DNA of 52,304 nucleotides from a virus (Duplodnaviria; Caudoviricetes): IMG/VR virus record IMGVR_UViG_3300020197_000033, positions 1 to 52,304 of that record; one strand, 5' to 3'. Shown piece by piece: positions 29,441 to 39,600 of this stretch (position 1 is its first letter; each line of letters starts with the position of its first letter). The notes under the pieces were generated by a model. It saw only the letters and a program-made list of their open reading frames with translations, ran no database searches and was not told where the DNA came from. The position numbers and the translations under genes were made by a program.

Positions 29441-29512
29441 GCCTCTTTAGCTCAGTGGTAGAGCAACGGTTTTGTAAACCGTTGGTCATCGGTTCAAATC
29501 CGATAGGAGGCT
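29441..29512 (+). tRNA. trnT: tRNA-Thr(UGU)
   Basis: GCCTCTT/AGGAGGC acceptor, ACGGT-TTTGTAA-ACCGT anticodon arm. Confidence 0.95.
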
Positions 29513-29792
29513 TCCGCTTTTGCGGATAGGTGGTTCCACCGATATTTCGGACAGGGGTTCGATTCCCCTTATCTCCATTTCGCGGGGATATACTGGTTTC
29601 GACGGGGTGTTATGGGGAATTACTGAAACCTGCTTGGATAAGCAAAAAATAGATGCCAAAAACATCGAAGCCGCGAACAAGATTGTTCGCTTCTCCCGTC
29701 AGTCTGCTCCTGTAGCTGCCTGACCCATATAAGGGAGAACGGGGTCAAGTCAGCCTTGTTACCCAAGTGACTCTTGAGGGTGAAATGCCCTC
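29513..29792 (+). ncRNA. ssrA: Circularly permuted (two-piece) tmRNA
   Basis: 3' acceptor/T-arm (GGACAGGGGTTCGATTCCCCTTATCTCCA, ends 29577) precedes the 5' end (GGGGATATACTGGTTTCGACGGGG, starts 29584); G3:U pair; tag ...ANKIVRFSRQSAPVAA* ends 29723; outer ends approximate. Confidence 0.93.
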
Positions 29793-29813
29793 CCCAAATG
29801 ATAAGGGGGAATT

Positions 29814-30017
29814 ATGTCTCTTATTTCGCAACGAGATAGACAACTTGCTATTACCGCTTTTAATCACTATATTGATTTTCTTTCCAGTGAAGTAGAATTC
29901 CTTGAGAAAGAAGATATGCTAGATGATGTCAATTATGAAGAGTATAAATCAGAACTAACTGAATCCTATGCTCTAGTGAATTGGATCAAACTAGAATATC
30001 AAAAAAATGAAAATTAA
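29814..30017 (+). CDS. Hypothetical protein
   Basis: ORF track; AGGGGA RBS. Confidence 0.7.
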   Translation: MSLISQRDRQLAITAFNHYIDFLSSEVEFLEKEDMLDDVNYEEYKSELTESYALVNWIKLEYQKNEN

Positions 30018-30201
30018 TCTGTGGTATTGTAGAGAGATGAAACAGTGGCGATGGACTCTTGTAGATGATCATCGACCTATTATAAAACAAGAATCTGGCC
30101 AAAGACCCGATCTCAGAGATGCAATGAATGATGTTGCCGATACTGTAGAATATCTGTTAGAGTATCAATGCCCGAATGGTGAAATTGGTAAACACGCATG
30201 A
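30007..30201 (+). CDS. Hypothetical protein whose 3' end overlaps tRNA-Leu
   Basis: MKINLWYC..MKQWRWTL; ORF track. Confidence 0.7.
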   Translation: MKINLWYCREMKQWRWTLVDDHRPIIKQESGQRPDLRDAMNDVADTVEYLLEYQCPNGEIGKHA

Positions 30202-30249
30202 CTTAGGATCATGTGCTTCGGCTTGGAGGTTCGAGTCCTCTTTCGGGCA
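30170..30249 (+). tRNA. trnL: tRNA-Leu(UAG)
   Basis: GCCCGAA/TTCGGGC acceptor, CATGA-CTTAGGA-TCATG anticodon arm. Confidence 0.93.
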
Positions 30250-30368
30250 TTGCTATTTGCGCTGGAGCTGATAATCCAGAATGCCGTAGCAAAATTGGGG
30301 AAGTGATCCTGCGGTTCCGTCCAAGAGCTCTCCTTCCCCTCACACACAAACACACAAGGAGTAAAATT

Positions 30369-30581
30369 ATGACACCTTACGAACTTAGATTCAACATTTT
30401 TCAGGAAGCAGAAGCACTAGCAGATCGTCAGTATCAATCTGAATATGCTGCTGTTACAATGTGGAATGAAAAACAATGTGACTCAAATAACTTGAAAGAA
30501 TTTCCAACATTTCCTACTTTTGAGTATATTCAACAACTTGCCGAGAATATTAATAACTTTGTAAGTTCTAATTCTAAGTAA
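30369..30581 (+). CDS. Hypothetical protein
   Basis: MTPYELRFNIF...FPTF..I..LAENINNFVS; AAGGAG RBS. Confidence 0.8.
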   Translation: MTPYELRFNIFQEAEALADRQYQSEYAAVTMWNEKQCDSNNLKEFPTFPTFEYIQQLAENINNFVSSNSK

Positions 30582-30612
30582 AATATCGGGGTGGCAACAC
30601 CCCCATCAGTAT

Positions 30613-30684
30613 TCCTCTGTAGCTCAGCGGTAGAGCGGTCGGCTGTTAACCGATTGGTCGCAAGTTCGATCCTTGCCGGGGGAG
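30613..30684 (+). tRNA. trnN: tRNA-Asn(GUU)
   Basis: TCCTCTG/CGGGGGA acceptor, GTCGG-CTGTTAA-CCGAT anticodon arm. Confidence 0.95.
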
Positions 30685-30686
30685 TC

Positions 30687-30759
30687 GGGGAATTAGCTCA
30701 GTTGGTAGAGCATCGCCTTTGCAAGGCGGTTGTCAGGGGTTCGAGTCCCCTATTCTCCA
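30687..30759 (+). tRNA. trnA: tRNA-Ala(UGC)
   Basis: GGGGAAT/ATTCTCC acceptor with G3:U70, anticodon loop TTTGCAA. Confidence 0.95.
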
Positions 30760-30789
30760 TATAAATTATAATAGTGCGATGATTATCTA

Positions 30790-32454
30790 ATGAGAATTAT
30801 TGGAATTAGTCCGAGTCATGATTCTTCTGTATGTGTCTTGAATGATGGAGTTATTGAAGGATTCTATAAAGAAGAACGGTTTTGTGGAATCAAGAAAGAA
30901 TCGAAACCATATCTTTCTGTATTAGAGGCACATAAAAATCTTAAAGGTTCAGTTGATGCGGTAGTTATTTCTACTCCAGATAGTATTGAAGCTGATCATG
31001 GAATTTCAAAACTCTCTAAGAGACTGTTTGATTGTGAAATTATTGATTTGTCTGGTTGCCATCACATTACACATGCTGCATTAGCTTTTGAAAATAGTGA
31101 ATTCAATGAGAGTCTAGTCTTTGTCATTGATAGAAATGGGTCAATTATTGATTATCTGAGGGAATCTGAAACTGTAATTGTTGCCAAGAAAAGTCCATAT
31201 TCATTTATTGAGATTTATAAGAATTATTGTTCTGTTGCTCTGGGCTCAGTTGCGACTCCTGTCGTTGATAATACCATCAATAAACTCAAAAAACAAAAAC
31301 CAAATATAAAACACATATGTAGAAGTTGTTTCAATACTGTAAAAGTATATGAGTCTGCAACAACTTTAATTGGAGAACATCCTCTGGAAAATGGTAAAAC
31401 CATGGGACTTTCTGCATATGGAAATTCTGCAGGATACCCAGATCTTTTTCTAAGAAGTTTGGATACAGATGTATATTGTGTTCCACATGATTCATATTTC
31501 TCTTATGAAACTCGGTTATCACAAGTCACACCAGTTAATTTTAGAGAACTAAATCATTTGTCGTCAAACGGCGTTCCCAAAAAAGATTATGACGTTTATG
31601 CTGATTTTGCAAAACACGTTCAGAGTCAGACTCAGGAAGAAATATACAGAATGATTCAACACTGGGTCTATAAAACTAAAATTAAGAATGTAGTTATCAC
31701 TGGTGGTTATGGTCTGAATGTTGTTGCAAATTCTTATTTTGTAGAGAAACTGCCTGATGTCAATTTCTTTTTTGAACCAATGGCAGATGATACTGGAAAT
31801 AGTATTGGTGGTGCTCTGTTAGTTTATAAAGAAAAATCTCAAACACTTCAATCTCACCCACTTAAAGATACATTCTTTCATGGACATCATTATTCTTTAG
31901 ATCATATTGAGGGATCTACTGTAACTGTTGATGATATTGTCAATCTTATTGCAGATCAAAAATCAGTCGCTGTTTATCAAGGTTTTTCTGAAGCCGGTCA
32001 ACGTGCATTAGGTAATCGTTCGATTCTTTTTGATGCTACTAACCCAGATGCAAGAACCCTCGTTAACTTAATTAAAAAAAGAGAATGGTATCGTCCATTT
32101 GCAGCAATGATTCTTGAAGAAGATGCAAATGAGTATTTTGATATGTTGGGACTGAAAAAAAGTGAGTCAATGACAAACTCATTTCAAGTTCGAGAACAAT
32201 ATGTAGAACTTTTAAAAGGCATTTGTCATGTAGACGGATCTTGTCGATTACAAACAATTGACCAATCACACTCTCTGTATGAGTTACTCGTGAAATTTAA
32301 AGAGAAAAATAACGTTGGCATTGTATTAAACACCAGTTTTAATTTGGCTGGAGCCCCTTTAGTTGAAACTCCAGAAGATGCAATCAAAACTCTTCGTGAA
32401 TCAACTTTAGATTATCTTTGGTTTCCCGAAATTAAAAAACTATTGACAAAATAG
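30790..32454 (+). CDS. Carbamoyltransferase (NodU/CmcH family)
   Basis: HDSSV, EERF, HHITHA, GKTMGLSAYG, GGYGLNV, RALGNRSIL, KKREWYRPFA, HVDGSCRLQT, LNTSFN. Confidence 0.95.
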   Translation: MRIIGISPSHDSSVCVLNDGVIEGFYKEERFCGIKKESKPYLSVLEAHKNLKGSVDAVVISTPDSIEADHGISKLSKRLFDCEIIDLSGCHHITHAALAFENSEFNESLVFVIDRNGSIIDYLRESETVIVAKKSPYSFIEIYKNYCSVALGSVATPVVDNTINKLKKQKPNIKHICRSCFNTVKVYESATTLIGEHPLENGKTMGLSAYGNSAGYPDLFLRSLDTDVYCVPHDSYFSYETRLSQVTPVNFRELNHLSSNGVPKKDYDVYADFAKHVQSQTQEEIYRMIQHWVYKTKIKNVVITGGYGLNVVANSYFVEKLPDVNFFFEPMADDTGNSIGGALLVYKEKSQTLQSHPLKDTFFHGHHYSLDHIEGSTVTVDDIVNLIADQKSVAVYQGFSEAGQRALGNRSILFDATNPDARTLVNLIKKREWYRPFAAMILEEDANEYFDMLGLKKSESMTNSFQVREQYVELLKGICHVDGSCRLQTIDQSHSLYELLVKFKEKNNVGIVLNTSFNLAGAPLVETPEDAIKTLRESTLDYLWFPEIKKLLTK

Positions 32455-32471
32455 ATTATATCTGTTATTAT
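32443..32471 (+). promoter_or_regulatory. Sigma70-type promoter
   Basis: TTGACA-N17-TATTAT. Confidence 0.75.
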
Positions 32472-32531
32472 TTGTATGTGTGAAGGAAGTGCTATTGGAG
32501 GGAGATGTCCCTCCTTCAACTATTAAAATCC

Positions 32532-33604
32532 ATGACTTATAAACCATATAGTCCAGAGTGGCATCGCAAAAGATATCTTAAAGAAGCAATAGATAAGTAT
32601 CTGGACGAACAAATTGATAATGAAGTTATTCTAAACGATCTTTGCGATATTCTCTCGCAAAGATCCGAACAAGCATATGAGGAATTTACTAGAATCAACA
32701 ATCTGGAATCCAGAATTAAGTGATTAATTCTAAATAATCCTATATGGAAATTGCATATGCTTTCTACTCAATATCGTCTTCGTCTTGAATCTATTTGTGA
32801 AAAAATTGTTCTTCACGAGGAAGTAAGTCTTGAGGATATGATTTGGGCAGAAAAACTTGCAAAGGCAAATCGTTCTGCTGCGACGATACTTCGTCAGGCA
32901 AGAAGGAAAGCAGAAAATCCTAATATGGATGCAATGGACGATTTTATGAATCAACTTGATATTGGTGGATTGGGACACGAACGATTTGGTCGTCGTGGTT
33001 TTGATAATCCAGATGATCTACACGATTGGTTTAAACGTGACGAGGATCAAACTGATTGGAGACAGAGAGATTGAAACATGCGCTAATTGTTTCTTTATGT
33101 TTTTTGCCTCTTGCTCTTATCTACATAATTATGAAAGTATCTCTGTGGCTGTCCTCTAGCATATCAGAAGTCAATTATGTCAGAGAAGATGCAAAACGAT
33201 CACACGGACCATATATGGTCAATCCATATGCAGACATTGACGAGGAGGATGAGGAATATGGAAGTCAGTCAGATTATCAATGATGCTATACTAGAATGGT
33301 ATTCTGATCAGGGACAAGAAGTTCCTCGATGGAGAATGCAAAAAGACCCACAGTGGTGGATTGATTATATAAAAGAATTAAATCAAAAAAAGGGTCACTA
33401 ATGACTTACGAAGAGTTTTTGGATATGCCTACAACTTTTCTAGATGATATGGATAAACTGATACAGATCAAACACAAATACCGTATGGAGTTTACGGATG
33501 AGGAGAAAGAAATTAACCAACATCTTCTCACGTATGAAGAAGAAATGAGACTCAATAAATTGAGATATCAGTTTGAGAAGTGTTGGGAAATCAAAGAGGA
33601 TTGA
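32532..33604 (+). other. Run of five small hypothetical ORFs (32532-32723, 32757-33074, ~33056-33283, 33258-33401, 33401-33604)
   Basis: ORF track; tight packing on the + strand. Confidence 0.65.
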
Positions 33605-33627
33605 AAAAATACGGGAATTTTACTCTT

Positions 33628-33634
33628 CTAAATA
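33628..33634 (+). promoter_or_regulatory. T4-type late promoter
   Basis: CTAAATA about 30 nt upstream of the large structural gene. Confidence 0.6.
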
Positions 33635-33665
33635 CAACAGAAGATATTAGGTTTGAGCTAATAAG

Positions 33666-36600
33666 ATGCCTCTATCAAGATTAGAAAATTTCTTAAAGAA
33701 CGCTGAAGGCAATATTTTATATGTGAATCCAAGCGACTTTGATGCCACGGATAGTCTCGAAAATAGAGGCAATTCTTTAACTAGACCATTCAAGACAATC
33801 CAAAGAGCTCTAATTGAAGCAGCAAGATTTTCATATCAAACTGGAAAAAATAATGATAGGATTGATAGAACAACTATCTTAACTTTTCCAGGCACTCACT
33901 ATATCGATAACAGACCAGGATACACTGTACAAGAGACTGGTGGTGTTGCAGTCTATAAAGCGAGAAGAAATAGTTCTTATATATCACAGACTCTTCAAGA
34001 GTTTACAACAGAAACTAACTTTGATATCCTTGATAGGAACAACGAATTATACAAATATAACTCTGTTGAAGGTGGAGTTATTCTTCCTCGTGGTACTTCT
34101 ATTATTGGTTTAGATCTCCGCAAAACAAAGATTAGACCACTCTATGTGCCGGATCCAGAGGATTCTAGATTTGAGTATACTTCCATTTTTAGAGTAACGG
34201 GTACTTGTTACTTTACTGCATTTACTATATTTGATGGAGATATTTCTAAGACCTGTTATTATGACTTTGACAGCAATGTAAGAAGACCAACATTTTCTCA
34301 CCACAAACTATCTTGCTTCCAGTATGCTGATGGAGTAAATAACATCATTATTGATGGTGCTGATAGTCAGCTGACCGATCTTGATATGTATTATTACAAG
34401 ATTGCGAAAGCTTATGGTGATGCATCTGGTAGAGCGATTGGAGACTTTCCAACTTTTGATGATTTCGAACCAAACGTTGACGAATTTAGAATTGTTGGTG
34501 ATCTTTCTGCTGATCCTATTGGCATTACGTCAATTAGAGCTGGAGATGGTAATACATCATCTACAGTTATTACTGTTGATACGTTAAGAAATCACGGACT
34601 GTTCAAAGATACTCCTATTTTAATTGCTGGTATCACTACTAGTATTCAATCGTATAATGGATCTTTCTTAGTTAGTGAAGTTATAACAGACAGGCAGTTT
34701 AGATTTGTTGCTCCATCTGCACCAGGAAATCCATTACCTATTCCACAAGAATTTCAAAATTCTTCTGTTATTATTGAACCTGATACAGTAAGTTCTGCAT
34801 CTCCATACGTTTTTAACTGTTCACTCCGTTCTGTTTACGGTATGAATGGTATGGATTGTAATGGTGACAAAGCAACAGGATTTAAGTCCATGGTTGTTGC
34901 TCAGTTCACTGGTATTTCAATTCAAAAAGATGACAATGCATTTGTTATCTACAACCCAGATACTGCAGTATTTAATGACACCAATACTGTTTCTGACGCT
35001 GAAAAACCGTTACACTCAAACTCAAAGGCAATTTATAAGCCTAGGTATGAAACTTCGCACATGCGTATTCGTAATAATGCAGTTGTGCAAATCGTTTCGG
35101 TGTTTGCTATTGCATTTGCAAGACATTTCCACGCAGAGAGGGGGGGAGATGCTTCAATTACGAACTCCAACTCAAACTTTGGTCAGACCGCACTAGAGTC
35201 TGAAGGTTTTAGACCACAATCGTTCGATAGGGATAACACTGGTTACATCACACATATCATTCCACCAAGAGAACTTGTAGAGGAAGAAACCACTGTATCT
35301 TGGTTGACAATTGACGTAGCTAAAACTGTAGGAACTGCAAATACAAGTAGATTGTATTTGTATGGTTATGATACTCTAGAAATTTCTCCACCATCGCAGA
35401 TTGACTCATATCGAGTTGGTGGTAAAAAGGGAGAACGGTTATATTTGAGTTTGGTTAACACTCTATCTGGTACTGCTCAACAAGCGACATATGAAGCCCC
35501 TGTTTTGATGCAGGTTACAAGTGGAGTTGGTACATCAAGATCAAAAGAATATGATGTAATTAGATCTTCAGGAGTAAACTACGTTATTTCTAACGTTTTT
35601 GGACTCGTTCAGAATCACCAGTTGGTTAATGGTGAAAAAGTAAGAATATTCAGTGATACTGGTGAAACTCCTAATGGTATTGTTAACGATAAAATTTATT
35701 ATGCAATCACTGGTGGTACGCTTGCAAATAATAGAATGCAACTTGCAGCAACATTCAATGATGCTATTGCACGTAGACCAATTACTGGATTATCGAATGC
35801 TGGCGGCAAACTCAAGATCGTAAGTACGGTTGCTGATAAAGTTCCAGGTGAACCAGGACACCCAATCCAGTGGGATGATGTAGTACTTAATTGGTATATA
35901 CTTGTTAATCCTAGTTTTTCTGTAAACACAATCTATCCAAACTTAGTAGCCCTTGGTGCTGGAGTAATTGGTGAGGAATCTGGTTCAACATATATCACTA
36001 GAAGAGTTGATAATAGAAGTCTATTAGATAGAGTCTATAGAGTTCGTTATGTAATTCCAAAAGAACACATTGATGCAAGACCACCTACTCCTGGATTTGT
36101 TTTACAAGAATCTAAAACTACTGGAATTTCCAGTGCATCATTCTTAAGTGCAAATCTTTCAAACCCAACTCAACTTAAGAACGTTAAACTTATTAAAAAT
36201 GCAACATATTCTAGCGGATCTATTATTTTCACTACTGAAAAAAACCATGGATTAGAAGAAAATGACCTTGTTACAGTAACAAATGTACAAAGTTCTAACA
36301 ATAGTACTGCTAAATTTGGATTTGGTTACAATGGCGAAAATGTTGTAACTCAAGTATTAAGTGCAAAACAATTTAGAGTTGCTGGGATCACAACGGATCC
36401 AGGAACGTTCCAAAACCAAATTAACCAAAGGACAACTCAGCAACAGATTGATGTTCTACCAACAATACAAAAATCTAAGAGTGTGGATTCTTTGTATGTT
36501 TATCGTGTAAATGAAATTCGAGGGCATAGACCAGGTATTTCTGGGCAAGATGGTATCTATAACGTTACTCTTGCCTGTGGATCTATTGCACTTGATAAAG

Positions 36601-39600
36601 ACCTTGGATTTGGTGTATCTTTCAAAGCATTCTCACAAGATGTAAGAAATCTTTACCCTCAACAGGACAGAGATAATTATGACTCTGATCCACAGCCAAC
36701 AGTATCTTTTGCATCTCCAGAAATTGTCGGTAAAGTTGTTACCAACGATAGAAAAAGATCACTTACTAGAGAATCCCTTAATATTTTTATGCAGGGGTTC
36801 AATGTTGGTACTGCTGTAACTGGTGCAGTCATCACTGGTACTGGTAATACCACAATTACACTGTTCAGTACAGTAGAACACAAATTCAATTCTATTAAAA
36901 AATTAAATGTAATCAATCCAGGCGCGGGATACAATAATGCATCTGGTATTGCCACGGTCATTTATGATGCAGAACTTGTTAACAATGCTCTTCCTGGAAG
37001 AAATGCTTCTGTCAAAGTAACTGTATCTGCTGCTGGTACAATTACGGATATAAGCCTAAATGATGGTGGATCTGCCTATGGTATTGGAAATACCATGACA
37101 ATTTCTGCCTATCCTGCAGGCAATCCAACAACCTTTGCTGTTGTTCAAGTTTCCGATATCTTTGACAATGTTGGGGATGGACTAGATTTGAACGGATTTG
37201 CTAATGATGCATATAATGGTACTTTTAAGATAGTAGAAGTTCCGACTTCGAAGTCAGTTTCTGTTGAATTGGGAACTTATAGAAGTGCTGGTGATGTTTA
37301 TATTCCTAGAACCGACCGAAGATTCCCACAGTACTCTGCTGCAAATCCAGGAGTTGCTATTACTTCTATTGAAGTATTGGATAGGTCAAAAGGTATCGCT
37401 AGAGTCAGAGTAAAAGGCAATCACACATTAGTTGCTGGAAATACTCTCACTATTTGGGGTACTGGTAATAGACTATTTGACGAAAGAACATTTGTTGTGG
37501 ATGACGTTGAACCAAATGCTCCATTGACTGGCTTGCATATCAATGTTGGTATTATTACGGCGGGGGTATCTACTGCCTATTCAATTACTAATTCAAGACT
37601 GTTTGGTTATGGGGTTAGATCCAAATCTAGAGCACTTGGTCAAGGTGAAAATAATCTAGGTGCAAGAGGATCTGTTATATGGACAGGTATTAGTACTACA
37701 CTTGCTGCTCCTATTTCTGCAACAGACACAACAATCTCATTAACAGACACTGCTGGATTTAGGAGAGGCGATTATTTACAAATTAACGCGGAAATTGTAA
37801 GAATCGCTAATGATAATATCAATACAGTTCTTCGTGGCCAGTTTGGTACAGTTTCTATTCCTGCAATTTCTGGTACTACAGTCAAGAAGGTTGATATTAT
37901 TCCGATTGAACTCCGTCGTCCTTCAATTCTTCGCGCCTCTGGTCACACATTTGAATATCTTGGGTATGGTTCTGGTAACTATTCGACTTCATTGCCGCAA
38001 AAACAAAACCGTGTTCTTGGATCTGAAGAACAATTAACCGCACAGAAGAAAGAACTTTCTGGAGGTAAAGTTGTTTACACTGGTATGAATGACAGTGGTG
38101 AATTTTATACTGGATATAACAAATTGTCTGCAATTACTGGTGAGGAAGAAATTATCGGGGCGCCCATCTTCACATATACTGGTGATGATGCAGAAACAGA
38201 AACTACCAGAAAACTCTCTGGTGTATTTGACGAACTTTTGGTAAGAGAAGGCATTACCGTAGAAGGTGGAGATAACAACAATAGAACCTCCCAGTTCTAT
38301 GGTCCAGTAAACTTCACAAAGAAACTTACAAATAACTCTGAAGAGGGCATTGAAACTATCAATCTCTACCTCAAAGGTAGTGCTCCTCAAGGAAAACTAC
38401 TTACAGTTGGTATTTCTACTCCAGCAGTAACAAAACGATCTGGTGACACATCATTTGTTTCTACGCCTCTTGCTGGCGGATATCTTGGTTGGATTTTCTC
38501 TGAAGGTGAGTGGAGAAGATTTGGTGTAGTCTCTCAAGAGAGAGATAGAAACTTTATCAAACTTGACCAACTTGGTATTGGTAGATCTAACTCTGCATTT
38601 AATTTTACTGATGCTCTCGAAGTTAATGGTACTGTTAAGTTAAAAGATCTTTATGTCTCTGGTATTGTTACTTTTGCATCCAACCAGTCATTCTCTGGTG
38701 TAACTTACGATACCATTATTGTTAAGAAGGTTGCAAATTTCTGGGGATATAATACAACTGGTGGTATTTCTGCAGAGGGCATTCCTTGGGAAAATTACAA
38801 TCGTTATACACAGGTTCATGAAGCTGGGGTTTCTCAACTTTATGATTTGGAAACCGTTGGTACTTATGTAACTTTTAAACCATCATCTAAACTTAGAATT
38901 GAAGGTCCAATTTTTGACTCATTTGCTGGAGTTAGTACCTTTGTTGGTACACTTGATGTAGGAAACCTTGAGTGTGATGGTGGGTCAGTTAATGTAACCT
39001 TCCTCAACGCACTACAAGCAGGCATTAGTACTCTTGCGGTTAACAATACATTATCAGCTAGAGTTGGTGTTATTACTGATCTTCATTCAACTGTTGGTGT
39101 TTTTACAAACGGATTATTTGCAAATGTAGGAATTGTCACCAATCTATTCTCTACCACAACTAGAGTCGATACACTATACGCATTTAATGGCATCACCACT
39201 AATGTTGTAGCACTTAATAATGTAACAACTCCAGTTGTTTACAGCAATGTAGGTGTCTTAACAAATATTAGCGGAACCAATCTGAATTACAGTAATATTA
39301 CTGGTGTTGCTGTTACAGCAACAAGATTGAATTTTACTGACCAATTCTTTGGCCCTACCGCATTTGTTAACACGGGTATCATCACCTCAGTTCAGGCAAG
39401 ATACATTGGTGGTTTGGGTAATGCTGGACCAGGACAACCATCTTTACAGATGAATGTTAACTCTGGTGTGGTAACTTCCCTTGTTGGTTATGCAATAACA
39501 TATCAGGAGTTGCAGTTGACTTCTGGTGGTCGAGCATCAATTCCTATTCTTTATGCAAATACTGGTATTATCACCAATCTTGGTGATGGCACTACAAACC

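Noticed and set aside
29520-29723. 67-aa ORF in the track (and antisense 29486..29680)
   Set aside because: It is the tmRNA; only the C-terminal tag frame is meaningful
30213-30368. N-terminal extension of ORF 30213..30581
   Set aside because: Overlaps tRNA-Leu; the RBS supports a start at 30369
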